Of a stretch of DNA of 64,000 nt, positions 1-13,130 are shown piece after piece. The stretch lies in assembly GCA_030265395.1 (NCBI GenBank), contig JARFYF010000002.1, positions 51,963,238-52,027,237 of the forward strand, in the 5' to 3' direction. Numbering within the stretch: position 1 is the stretch's first letter; every line of letters begins with the position of its first letter. Source of the DNA: Rhina ancylostomus. Taxonomy: Eukaryota. Position numbers and translations under genes: made by a program. The notes beneath the pieces are model-generated. The model worked only from the letters and a program-made list of their open reading frames with translations. It made no database searches and was not told the origin of the DNA.

Positions 1-131
1 TGGATCCCATGGCTCCTGACCTTCTGGAGAAGTCTACCATGAGGAACTTTATCAAATGCCTTACTAAAATCCATATACACCACATCTACCGCACTTCCCT
101 CATCAATCTTCCTCGTCACCTCCTCAAAGAA
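1..131 (-). mobile_element. CR1-type LINE reverse transcriptase fragment
   Basis: The reverse complement reads EFFEEVTRKIDEGSAVDVVYMDFSKAFDKVPHGRLLQKVRSHGI, containing the CR1 RT motif YMDFSKAFDKV. Confidence 0.9.
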
Positions 132-539
132 CTACCCAGAGGCTTCAGTTAGTGTCTCCACTGAGTTGGGTTTAATTCAAGAAAGTTAGGCACTAAATTT
201 ATTTACATACATAAAAGCTCCATTATTGAGTAGATTCAAGGCTGAGATTAAGAATTTTTATGCACCAAAGATATATATTGCCTAAGAATGATTTGGATGG
301 AATGAAGATCCTTTCTGTATTTCTTTGAAGAGTTATACAACCCTTACCTTATACCTTCCCATAAATAAGATTTCAAACAGGACACAAGAAAAAGATGTAT
401 CAGCATTTTACCAATCCATCAAAGCATTGGTGTATAAATACAGAAAAATATTTTAAAGAGCTTCTAGTCACTGGAAAAGATTTACCACCATCAGCATAGC
501 TACTTCATTTGAAATACGTACTTGTGGCTAAGATATAGG

Positions 540-1390
540 CTAATTCCTAGGTTGAGAGGATTATCTAGTCACAAATGGTCAGGGAAATTAGATCAATATT
601 CTTTGGAATTTAGAAGAATGAGGGCTGATTTATTGCAACATATAGATGTTAAGATGGTAAGATAGATGTTATGATACAGGGCAGGCATGGTAGTGTAGGG
701 GAGGTACGGTAGTACAGCAGTTAGTGTAATGCTATTACAGTGCCGGCGACCCGGGTTCAATTATGGCCACTGTCTGTATGGAGTTTGTACATTCTCCCTG
801 TGACTGCGTGGGTTTCCTCCAGGTGCTCTGGTTTGTAGAAGTTGTAGAAGTTAGGAATTTGAGGGCATGCTATGTTGGCGCTGGAAGCGCGGCAACACTT
901 GCGGGCTGCCCCAGAACACTCTACGCAAAGATACATTTCACTGTGTGTTTTGATGTATATGTGACTAATAAAAATATCTTATCTTATATTTCCACTTGTC
1001 AGAGAAGCTCAGTTGAAGGGACATAGTTTTAAGATCTAGAGTGATCATTTAAAAATTAGGTGCATTGGAACATTTTCTTGGAAGTGTGGAGGTTCCCTGG
1101 AATTCTCTATCCAGAGGTCATTGTGGGTACTTAGAGAGGAAGTAGGTCAATTTTTGAAAGNNNNNNNNNNNNNNNNNNNNNNNNNNNNNNNNNNNNNNNN
1201 NNNNNNNNNNNNNNNNNNNNNNNNNNNNNNNNNNNNNNNNNNNNNNNNNNNNNNNNNNNNAAAGATCATGGAATTGAAGGCTCTGGGAAACTGACACAGA
1301 AGACGAGATGAGGCCTGATGCAGATCAGCCATGATCATATTGAGGGACCAAGGGGGCTACTCCTGTTCCTATTTTCTTATGTTCTTGTGT
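540..1390 (+). mobile_element. Old CR1 LINE 3' fragment, interrupted by a SINE and an N gap
   Basis: Degenerate CR1 ORF2-end and 3'UTR text (tttagaagaatgagggctga; gatcagccatgatcatattga; ctactcctgttcctattttcttatgttctt), similar to 9690-9990. Confidence 0.65.
680..987 (+). mobile_element. tRNA-derived V-SINE (HE1-like), young family
   Basis: Pol III A/B boxes (ggtagtgtag; gggttcaattat), V-domain tgcgtgggtttcctccaggtgctctggttt, and tail gtgactaataaaaatatcttatcttat. Similar copies lie at 46049-46340 and 57624-57893. Confidence 0.88.
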
Positions 1391-4300
1391 ACTGAAATGT
1401 AGGATGCTTGCTCTCGTGACAGAGAAGTCAGATCCAATAACGAAGTACTGGATAGAATTCTTTCTTAAATGGCTTAAATTGTTCAAATGTGAGGGCAAGA
1501 TTCAAATGTTTGAGATAAAAGCAAATCATTCCAGCAACTCGTAATGTCAGTTGGTATATATGGGAAAAACTCAATAGCCATATAGGCAGGTGTTTCAAGA
1601 GTTTCCATGCAAGGCACTGGGTTTTCTTTTCTCTCATTGACACACTGTATGTGTTCGGTGCTTTTATTTAGCTGTTTCACATTTTTAGCATCTGCAGAAT
1701 CCTGAGTTTTTTAAAAACTATTTCATTGGGCACTCTGACAAAATGAGTCATATTTTCTACCCATTATCATCTCATTCAGTTGATGAAAATATGTTAATTT
1801 TAAGAAGTTCTGATCACTTGTCACTAATTATCAACGTTCCTCTGTTAATATGTAGTTATTGTGTTGAGTTTGCTATCAATTGCCCACAAAGTCAATACCA
1901 TTGAAGAAGCAGACCTCACCTTATTACCACAAAATTCTTAAGCACTTTCCATAGCTGACCTTCTGCAATATACAATTTAATTGAAATTACATTTATAGAT
2001 TTATTTCTATTTTGCTTATGTCAAATTTAAAGATAACTGCAGCATGTCAGAGTGTATGGATGCATGTGTGCATATGGGGGGAAAGGGGAATTTGCTGAAT
2101 GTGGCTACAAATTAGTGTTCCGTATTGAATTATGGTTAGTTTATTTTCCAGCATTTGAAATGGTTTTATAATAGATGTTACAGTATCATAGTCATCACAG
2201 AGCAGACTGAATAGATTTGTCAGTAACACAGAAACAATTGCTTCTTTGGGAAAAGTCAATAAGCAGGAAACTACATAGCTATCTGAAAAATTATATGCTG
2301 GAGAAATGGCAGGTAGTGCCAAAAGCTCCTTCTTTTACATTGTGGCTCAGCCTCTGCTGTGGATGGTCACAAAGGAAAATACATGAGGTAAAGGACTTCT
2401 CCTTCANNNNNNNNNNNNNNNNNNNNNNNNNNNNNNNNNNNNNNNNNNNNNNNNNNNNNNNNNNNNNNNNNNNNNNNNNNNNNNNNNNNNNNNNNNNNNN
2501 NNNNNNTTAGTGACATGAAGCCATGTTCCCAAAAAGTATACAATAAAATGTAAGTAATGTAACCTACATCAAGGGTGTCCAAACTTTTGGGCTTAGATGG
2601 CCACTCTTAGGTTGGAGCAGAAGATCAAGTGCCTTTTTTTTGCTGGTATTTCCATGCACATGATGCATTAACTCATATAATTGCATTCTGGCTTGAATCA
2701 GAATTAAGGTTCATCATATGGTTAGAAATAGCAATATAGCTCTTATTAGCAATTATGTTCAACACTATGTACAAATCCCAAAGTAAAGTTTGGTCTCAAG
2801 CATATCTTTTGTTTGTAAGCCCTTTTAAAATTGTTATCACAAGTTTTTCCGATTACCATGTTAAAAATGATTTGACGTGGGTTTTTAATATTAAGAAAAC
2901 TTATACTGATGGTTTAGAAATTTCTTTACATTGCACAATTTCTAAATGTGGAATGCAATAACATTTCTATAAGAAATAAACAGTTGTAAAATAAAACTGG
3001 GGTCTAACACAAATTCCCTTCCAATCCTCAGCACAACTGATTCGCTAAGAGGCACTCAGACATGTAAAGTAACATCATATTACATGCAATACATGTTTAA
3101 GGGCCATTTCAGTTCCCTGACTGGTGCTGGGAATCAGCCTCAGGTCGGTCTTTTCAAGTACGTAGGTTCTCTCCCACCACTGGGCACTCCTCTCCACCGA
3201 TTCCTCACAAATCTAATTGTGGCCCTGACCATCAATCTCCCAACAGTTGCTCACAACAACAATCTTCCCCCCCTCCCCCACCATACCTTGATGACCTTAC
3301 CCAAACCACAAGATCCCAATTGCCCCTCTGTCCCCATCGGATACCCTGACTACCAACTCCCAACCGGGGCCACACTTCTGTATGAGCCCTGGTTCCATGC
3401 TCCAATTGGCTCAGACTCCCAAGCTACCTGAAAGGCCTATGTGCGTTATTTCTCATGACATAGGAAGCCATTTGGCCCATCAAATCTACGCCATCACTCA
3501 AAGCACTCCCATCCATCTCATCCCTGCACTTATTTCCTTGTTACCCATTCTCTCACACATTCCCATCAACTCCATGATGAGACCCTACAATGATATTTTG
3601 CTGTGCNNNNNNNNNNNNNNNNNNNNNNNNNNNNNNNNNNNNNNNNTAAATATATATTCATTCAGCCCACTGTGCCAAGCCTGTTTAATGTGTCTTTCCA
3701 GGCTCCTAAAATTTTCCAGGCCCATTGCTCTTATCAGCAATTAAATGTTGTTCGGTGTGAAATATAGTGTGGGGATCAGGCAATTGAAAGAGAAAACAGC
3801 TGTCCATGATTATTAGTTCCAGACTTTTCCTGTTGCATCCTGTCATCACCTGTACAACAGTCACAAGCTACAGCACTGCTTTCACTCCACAACCTAAAAA
3901 GCACTGATTTGTTGTAATGTAGCAGCTTACTCATTGCTACAATAAACCTTTGTGTATTATACCATAACCCATTTAAGTATGTAGAACAGTTTGACCATGA
4001 CCAGTGAGTTTTAGGATGTAGGCAGTTTTCACAAGGTCGCAAGTCTTGTATTACTGTGCTTGAGCATGCAACTGGCTTAAAAGTCAAAGTTGTTCTTGGT
4101 CAATGAAATGTGTGACATTAAATTGAAGATTAATATGGACCTTCATTGTAGTAGCATTAGAACACAATAGAAGGGAATGCTTCAGATGAAACTATATTTT
4201 GTCTCCTTCAGTGTTACAACTTGGGGCAAAATGAAACATTGCGAATGAGCTAGTGGTAAGCTCGCTTGACTGTGCTATTTAATGCCTGTGCCATTTTATA

Positions 4301-6499
4301 CAGAAAGCCTCATTATCATCTGCAAGGACTGATTTCTCACAAAACCAAGCAGGAATGAAGTAAAACCAGAGTAGGACTGGATTCTGGCTGATAGGTCTTT
4401 CCCATGGGGACTTGTAAATTGTTGGAAGGATAGCAAGATAATTGAAGTTGGGGGCAAAGGAGCCACAAGGGCTTCCTCTGGGGCCCAGAGAAACATACCA
4501 GCCACAAGGAAAACAGAAAAAAACATGTTCATAAAAATGACTGTCCCTTGTCCAGCATTGAATCTCACAACTAGCAGCTTTCCCGATGTGTTCAACACTA
4601 TTGTTGCTTTATGTAGCCCGGGGTTAAAATTGTAATGACGTCCAATAACTTCATGAATTCTGACATGAATATTCTTGGAGTCCTTAGATACCTTCCAAAA
4701 CCTTGGAACTAAATAAGCAGTGGGTGGGACTGTGGCACAAATGAGGATGTAGATACTTTGCCCTTAATTTGACTCACCCACATGCACCTTTTCCATTATT
4801 GTGTTTTGGGGAGAGACTTAAGGCCACAGTTTATAGCTTTTTCTCCTTTGTTTACAAGAAGATATTTTATTTATTCTAAAAACCATATTGGCAGAGTTAC
4901 CCAAAAGCACCAGGTCAATGCTGCAATATAAAAGTAACACTGAAAAGCATGTGGATTAGTATCTGACGAACTAAAGTGAATAAGATTCCAACATGGTTCC
5001 TCCACCTTGAAATGTCCTCAAGTATGCACCATTATGAAATCAGCAGATTGACAGGATTTCATTCATAATTAATAGTACCTTCTTCCTGCTTTCATTGGAA
5101 CATTGCTTTCTTTTCCAGATATCTTCTCTGCAACATTATTCGCCACTCCTAGAATTTTCACTGCACTGAATCATTTCTTTAACCTGTAGTTATTTTTTTA
5201 CAAATGCAGTATGTCTAATAGACAATGTGAACTAATAGCAAAATCTTTTGGAGGAGAAACTTGCCTGAGGTTATTAGCATTAAACACATGCATGGATAGT
5301 ATTTGTACTTGCCAGCCACCATCTCCACCCTGCCTCCATACATTCAGTTCAACTGCAGTGAATGCACAGAAGTGAGCATGACTGGAGACAATAATCAAGC
5401 ATGAATTTATCACAAATTTGTCCTGCACATTTTTGTAAAACCCCTTGCTTGACAAAATGCAAAACACAAACCAATTTTGTTTAGGAGCCCTGTAAATCTG
5501 CACCCAGTTCATGAAGTATTGCCTCTGCTGGTCAGTTACAGAACATTAAATCACTAAGCTGAGATTATTACAGATTTGAGTTTGGATCAATTACTCAGGC
5601 AGTTTAGATAATAGCAGTGAATGTTTTTCTTTGCCAACATTTGGCAGTAGAAAACCTGAAGGAAAGCTGTGGGGAATTGAAATCAAGTTTCAGAAGTGGA
5701 ATTCTGAGTTTTGTAGATATGAAATGTGGATGCTCACATTTAAGTTCAAATTCATTTCCGTTGCTGTGACTTAGCCTGGCACTTGCGATAAAAGTGTGAC
5801 ATCAATCCATGCAACTTCATCACTGGCATGGGCATAGTGCACTTTGCTGGCCCTGATCCAATGCCAGTGCACACAGCTCATCACATTATCTGTAGATCTC
5901 TTCATATGAGCTTGTTAGTTTCTCAAAGGACAACAAAAAAAGCAACCTCATACCAAGCATTTAATAACACATTTCAATACTGCTGCAATTTCCATAAATT
6001 ATTCAGGAGTTCATGTGGCCTTCAGAGAATTCAACAGTCAGCCTCTCTGACTCTATACAAAGCATTAGAATGTAATAGACCCCACAAACAGGATTATCTC
6101 TCTGTTGTGCTGCAGCACCATTAGTAGTAAAATGAAATGCAGCTCCCTTTGTGTGTCTTGCATTGACTGTTTATTTTGAAACAGACAATTACAGTGACAA
6201 CAATGAAACACTTTTTTCTATGCTCAAATGCACCGCCAAAATAATGTGACCAGGTTTGAATTCATTACCATTCTGTACACTTCATAAATGTTTACATTGC
6301 TCCCAGTTTAGAATTATTAGTAATGTGCTATAATTGTAGAAGTTAGGTAAAGTAAATATTTACCAAATAAGCTGCTTTATATGCATACCTGCTCTATCTC
6401 TGTGTAGAGCTTTAGATGTCCTGTCCTTCAACGTAATGATTACCTTCTCTGGGAAGCCATTTACACTTTACCTCCACATATTTATAACAAAGAAGCATC

Positions 6500-7050
6500 A
6501 AAATTTGCATTGCAATAGTGCATTTCATAATGCCAAGATGTCCTAAACTAATAAACAGCTAGTTAAAAACTTTGAAATACAGTTACAGGCAGTCCTCAGG
6601 TTCCATAGGGGTTCCGTTCCTGACACTGTCCATAAACTGATTTCTCCTAAGTCAGAAGTATCCCATATTGTATCACTCTATAAACACTTGCTGTAATTCT
6701 TTCATTTCATTGAATAATCATCCGAACACTACCCATAATTAAATTAATGGAATACGCTGTATCCAGTCATTAATGAATATTATTAAACATTTTATTATTA
6801 TTATTATTACTAGTTTGAAAAATGCTTCAAATATGAATGGGAGATTTGTGTAAAATCAGTTTTCTATAGGTCAGGTCATTCGTAATTCAGGGAACCCTCT
6901 GTACTTTTATAATGATGGAAACATTGCAGCTAATTTGTGTAAAGTCAGTATTCTATAAATACCAATAAAATAATGACCAGATAATCTGTTTTAGGGATAA
7001 GTGTGAAATATTTTTCATGATACTGCAGAGAACTCCTTTAGTCTCTTCAA
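6500..7050 (-). mobile_element. Deu-domain SINE (SacSINE1/AmnSINE-like) remnant split by a MITE
   Basis: The reverse complement matches Deu-SINE text (aaaacagattatctggtcattat) and the copies at 32700-33035 and 62635-63000. Confidence 0.6.
6586..6901. mobile_element. Tc1/mariner (Tigger/pogo-like) non-autonomous MITE
   Basis: Flanked by TA on both sides, with imperfect TIRs CAGGCAGTCCTCAGGTT and AATTCAGGGAACCCTCTG around an AT-rich interior. Confidence 0.65.
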
Positions 7051-9689
7051 ACAGCACCTATGTTATAAGTCTCATTATACTTTATACATCTATATATCTT
7101 CCTACCTTTTCTGTCTTATCTATTTATCCAGCTTCTCCTTAAATGCATAAATACTAATTAACCCAACTCCAAAGTGAGGATCATTACAATAAAATAGTTT
7201 ATCCTGAAATTATTTGCTTTATTAGAAATTACCTGAAATATATAACCCTCCAAAGAAGAATGGAGCATCTGATTAGATTTAAAGTTGAATAGAAACTCAT
7301 ACTGTATTGCTGGACTCATTAGTGCTTAAAAAGCAACCAGTCCCGTAGAGAAAATCTATTACTGAAAAAATAGCATGCACACCAGAACAGCTTTCTAATG
7401 CCATTAATCACTTTAACAAATACTGGGTAATAAATTCTTGAAGTTTTTGCAGAACTAGGCCAATGGGAGGTTGTTGCTTCTGTTGGTTCCATTATCAAAT
7501 TGATAATGTTCCCTTTTAGAATAAGTTCCACACTTTAGTAAATAAAAAAGAGCCATGTGAACTAAAACAGTTTAAAAAACACACTATGTAAAAATACTGC
7601 ATCTCAAAAGCTTGCACAAAAACATGCAAGTACTCTGGAATAGATCATGTAAATGCAATGTTATCTGGGAAATATGATATCAGTTTGGCCAGATTTTTGG
7701 TTATGGTCATTGTATACCAAAGTTCTTTAATCACACAAAGTTAGAATTTTTACTTATGAGTAGTGTTATTCCCTTCAAAAATCGCAGGAAATTATTTTAT
7801 GATTGCACTGCTGGCGGGCACACCAATGTCACTTTTCTAAATGCACTATATTTCTTCACAACAGAGGAGAATGTCATTCAAATGCCTTGGCGAAACACTT
7901 CATGAGTAAACCATTGTTTCCTTTAATTTGGATTATTGCCCCTGCAGAAAAGCAAAAAATCCAAATTCAGACTGCAGTGGAATAGAAAGATTGCCCACTA
8001 TTCTTTTCAGTTTTTGATTAATTGATTGACCAATGCTACTGGGTGATCCAGAGTTTTGCAAGTTGAGCTGTCACCATCATTCCTTCAGTTTGATGATGTG
8101 GCTGAAAGCAGGAAGCTTCTGTTGCAAGCACTTCCTTGTTAACAGAAAGCTGTTGCAGTCATTTTCCTTGGTTGTTTTTCTTTAATTTTTCTGCCATAAT
8201 TTTGAAAGTTCAAGAAAGCTGCAGTTCAGTTAGGCTATTTCCAGTAACAGGAAACACTTGCAACAGAAACTTACTGCACACTGTTATACCATTAACCAAA
8301 CCTGTCATAATTTTTCCTCTCTATATATTACTAGCTAGTATTTTAAACAAGTTTTGGAAGTACATCACTTTTCAAAATGTCTCTGCTCAAAGAAAAAAAG
8401 GTTCACAAAAAATGTTTGTTTTTAGAGTTAGGGAAGCACAAAACTTCTCAAGAATTTCCACTAAAATGACTACACTGGAACTGACGAAATGTGGTTTTCC
8501 AATAAAACTTTAGCATAAATTTTGTAAAGCCTTATCTCATAAAATTAACCCTTGCAAAATATCAAAAGTTATTAAGATTAATCCTGATAGGTCAGTCAGT
8601 TTCAGGCAACTTCATGAGGTACATACACTCTCAAACTGTCCAAAGAGTGGTTTCAGATCAGTCTAATGTACACATTGTTAAAAAAAAAATCAGAAATCTT
8701 ATAAAAGTGAAAATCTTTTTGTTGCATGCCCAGAAGTGTTAAATCATGGTAGAAAATAGTTTTGAGGCATCACTGTGTACAATACTGACATGGAACTTTG
8801 CTGTCAGAGAGCAAAAAGGAAAAAGACCAAAGTACCCACTGTCACTTCTCAGTGAGATCCCATGGAAATGGGGTAAGTTTGAAGCTAGCATCCGTTAGGA
8901 CATCCAGTTACCAAAACTAATTGTCTTTTCCAAGGATGATTCAGGTTAACGTTCATTGCCTTATCCCAGATGAAAAAAATAAAAGACATATGAAAAAGAG
9001 AACTACTTGTTTTCTGACAGAACAAATGAAGTAGGAGCAAGAGTGGTACTGCCTGGTATAAGACATGAACACCAAAGTTCTCACTAGGTTACTCGTCTCA
9101 CCATTTTATAACTGACAGAATCCCAAAGGAAACAATGTAAGCTTCAAAGATTAAACTAATAGGGATCCCTTCAAATTTGTATCTTCAGTGGTAAAGAGAC
9201 CCTATGATCATGTCCTTTGTAGGAAACTTTTCATTCAGGCAGCTTTATAAATATAATTGTATTAATAAATTATGGCACTCACTATAAGCCTTTGACACTG
9301 TATTGACAAAAGACTTGTTTTATAAAGTTTCAGCTGTTAAACCTATGTTTCTACAATTACTACCATCACATATATATTTTCTTGCTGGTAATGATACTAT
9401 GATTTAAATATTCTGTTGTCAGGCCACAAATCATCGCCTTCTCCTCTGCTGGAGAAATTAACTTATGCTGAATAATGGTCACACTCACCCTACCCACATA
9501 TTGGAATGTTATTCATGTGTGATTATTGTCAATGAACATTGCCAGGGTACTTATCATGAGGTCTTTATAACTAATGCTCTCACAAAAATCCACACCTGTG
9601 TTGCTGCCAAGGGGTTGCTGAATAGCAACTGGAAACAGGTCAGTGGTCAATATTTCTTATGCTCAAACAGATCATAGGCCATACAGTCT

Positions 9690-9990
9690 CAACCAAAACA
9701 GTCTTCCAATCTCAAAGTAAGAGGTAGGCCATTTGGAACTGAAATGTGGACAATTTTTATCAAAGGTTGGTAAATCTTGAGGATCTTTATTTCTTGGAGG
9801 ACTGTGGAAGCTCAGTCATTGATTTCATTCAAAACTGAAATCTTTACAAGGGAATTGAGGGATAAGGGGGTGGAGCAGGAAAGTGGTACTTGAGATGGAA
9901 GATCAATCATGATCTTTCTGAGTAGCACAGCAGCCTCAAAGCGCGGAATGGTCTATTACTGTTCCTATTTCTTACGTTCTTATGTTCTCA
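9690..9990 (+). mobile_element. Old CR1 LINE 3' end
   Basis: ctgtggaagctcagtcattga ... gatcaatcatgatc ... tgttcctattttcttacgttcttatgttct, a CR1 3' end with a short tandem tail. Confidence 0.7.
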
Positions 9991-12312
9991 AACCAGGTAC
10001 ACTAGGATTAATAATAGTTTTGTTTTAATTGACACCTCAGCTGACATTAGCGTTGACTAGAGAATGAGAGAATGAGTATGGACATTTTTATCTGTGTGGT
10101 TCAATTAGACACGTTACTATCTGGAGTCTTCAAAAGCACACAAAACTGCAACATTGGCCAAATTTATAAACTAGCAAAAAGTAGAGTTCATTGCTCTGTC
10201 CTTATTATTGAATCCTGACCATTAAAAATGCATTTGTGTTCGGGGGGAAAATGGTTAAGAATATAATTTCACAGCTGTTAAAACCTGCCATCTTTCCTTA
10301 TGACTTGTGTTCCACCAACTCTGTCTCAATTAACATGGTCTTCCTATATGAACATAGTATCATTGATAACTATTTTGGTGACAACTATAAACTAGATATG
10401 TGGAGAAAAGTCAAAAAATGTTGCAAAATAAATACTGATGACTGTATATCCTTAGGCAAAATAACATAACCATGGTTTAGTTTTAAGACAATAGTGTGAA
10501 TTTTTGATTTACTCACCAAGTGTACATCTTGGAAATTGTGACCATGGGATATTCCCCAAGTCTCCCAGCTAAGACTGTGAATTGCAGAGACCCAGTCTGA
10601 TGTACTGTGTGGTGTTTCAAGACTCAGCTCATTACCATAACTTGGGAAAGCACCAGGTGTAATTGCTGCTGCCATTAGAAGGCAGAGATCTAAGTGCAGC
10701 TGCTTTTTTTAAATGCCTGCAGCGGTTATGAGGGCAATTCTCCTTTCTCAAGGTGGATCCTGAAATAATGTAAGGATGTCATGATTTAAAAAAGATCATT
10801 CCACTGGAAGGACACTATACATGGAAGAAAAATAGTCACAGAAGCCTTGCTGCAACACTGATGGGGCCAGAGTGTTTCTTCTGGCCCTTGATGGGTCACA
10901 CAATGATTGGTAGAGAGTGATCAGAAAAGGTCAAGGCAGAAGCACCATGTAAAGAAAACAATATTATTTTGAGGAATAAAATTATTACCCCAGTTATATA
11001 GTGCAGTAACTGTTACTAACNNNNNNNNNNNNNNNNNNNNNNNNNNNNNNNNNNNNNNNNNNNNNNNNNNNNNNNNNNNNNNNNNNNNNNNNNNNNNNNN
11101 NNNNNNNNNNNNNNNNNNNNCCCAGTTATATAGTTCAGTAACTGTTACTAACCATGTTGTGTTCTGTTTTGCCCACACATATTACCATGTTGGGTTGCTC
11201 TCCCAACAAACATTTTAGTCAGATGGGTAGAAAAGCAGCAAGTGGAATTCAATGGGAGAAGGTCAAAATAATACCATTGGGAAGAACAGATAAACCCTGG
11301 AAATACATAATAAATAGTAGGATACAGAGAGGTAGATAGGGCAAGGGGTCTTTAGGTACATGTTCACATATCCTTAAAGGTAACGGATAAAACAGTTGAT
11401 AGAATGATGGAAGAAGCTTAGACAAAGCTCACTGAGCAAGAGTAGCCATCCACCTCACAGTACAGTGTAACATTATTATAATTCCTCATGAGAAGCAAAA
11501 CGGTAACACATTCCTGGGGATCTGGAAAATGAGTTTGCATGAGTATACTCTTATCAAAGCATCTTTGACTTGACAGTTACCCTGTATTGACTGCATTTCT
11601 TAAGTTTGGGTCCTTGCTACCTATTCCTTGCGTAGTGACTCAGGGTGAAAGGTAGATGTGTACCACATGCTATAAGACACAAGAGAAGTGACAGCCACAT
11701 GCATCATCACTGTACTGATCTCTGGATTTGTATGTTCATTCATCCAAAGTCAGATATCAGATGCTGACAGCCAGGAGAGATAGTAGCATTCAACCTGGTC
11801 CTGGCCTCTGACATTGTTTTTATCAGCTGTTTGAGAGTTACAGGGTCTTTCCACAAGATACTTTTGTGCTTCCCTTTCTGGGCTGTTGCACCCCTTAAGC
11901 TATTTAAGATTTTTTAAAAAACTGATATTGCATAAAACTGACTTGCATTCAAAGCTCCTGGTCTGTTGATTAGCTGACCCTGCAATTATGCTGTGATTAA
12001 TGGTGTCATGGATTGAATTGAGCCTTTAGTTAGCTCTGTGAGCAGGAGAAAGATAAGCAGAAAACATTTTTTCTTGCAACACTGCTTCTTACATGTTGTC
12101 TGTTTTAAATGTTTAACCAACAACAAATGGACTGATCCATTTTGGAGTGTATTCCTATACCAATCTTTGAAATAGACATAAATAAAACAGAAAAATATTA
12201 TTGAACATTGCCACAAAACATTAATGTTTGATTGGAATGGTAAAAGTTGCTTTTTGATAATGGACACCTTGTAAGTTCTTTTATATGTTGCTCACTGCCT
12301 GTTGAAGTGAAA

Positions 12313-13130
12313 CTGGCAGAAGTGGTAGATGGAGTTCAACCCAGATAAGTGTGAAGTGGTTCATTTTGGCAGGTCAAATATGATGACAGAATATAGTATT
12401 AATGGTAGGACTCTTGGCAGTGTGGAGGATCAGAGGGATCTTGAGGTCTGAGTCCTTAGGTTGCTTAAAGCAGCTGCACAGGTTGACTCTGTGGTTAAGA
12501 AGACATATGGTGTTTTGTCCTTCATCAATCGTGGAATTGAATTTAGGAGCCGAGATGTAATGTTGCAGCTATATACGACCTTGGTCAGACCCCACTTGGA
12601 GTACTGTGCTCAGTTCTGGTCACCTCACAACAGGAAGGATGTGGAAGCCATAGAACTGGTGCAGAAGAGATTTACAAGGAAGTTNNNNNNNNNNNNNNNN
12701 NNNNNNNNNNNNNNNNNNNNNNNNNNNNNNNNNNNNNNNNNNNNNNNNNNNNNNNNNNNNNNNNNNNNNNNNNNNNNNNNNNNNNNNNNNNNNNNNNNNN
12801 NNNNNNNNNNNNNNNNNNNNNNNNNNNNNNNNNNNNNNNNNNNNNNNNNNNNNNNNNNNNNNNNNNNNNNNNNNNNNNNNNNNNNNNNNNNNNNNNNNNN
12901 NNNNNNNNNNNNNNNNNNNNNNNNNNNNNNNNNNNNNNNNNNNNNNNNNNNNNNNNNNNNNNNNNNNNNNNNNNNNNNNNNNNNNNNNNNNNNNNNNNNN
13001 NNNNNNNNNNNNNNNNNNNNNNNNNNNNNNNNNNNNNNNNNNNNNNNNNNNNNNNNNNNNNNNNNNNNTGATCGGCACAACTTAGTGGGCCAACGGGCTT
13101 GCATTGTGCTGTAGGTTTTCTATGTTTCTA
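12313..13130 (+). mobile_element. CR1 LINE ORF2 3' part and tail, with an internal N gap
   Basis: ORF 12461 reads VDSVVKKTYGVLSFINRGIEFRSRDVMLQLYTTLVRPHLEYCAQFWSPH; the tail is ttctatgtttctat. Confidence 0.92.

Noticed and set aside
700-775. tRNA-like sequence (also at 46270-46340 and 57624-57690)
   Set aside because: These are SINE heads with A/B boxes that continue into the V-domain; there is no convincing cloverleaf.
3084-3431. Proline-rich 115-aa ORF
   Set aside because: C-rich low-complexity sequence with no recognisable domain or supporting splice structure.
8040-8110. Possible C/D snoRNA boxes (tgatga ... ctga)
   Set aside because: The boxes are too close together, there is no terminal stem, and they are antisense to the host RUNX2 transcript.
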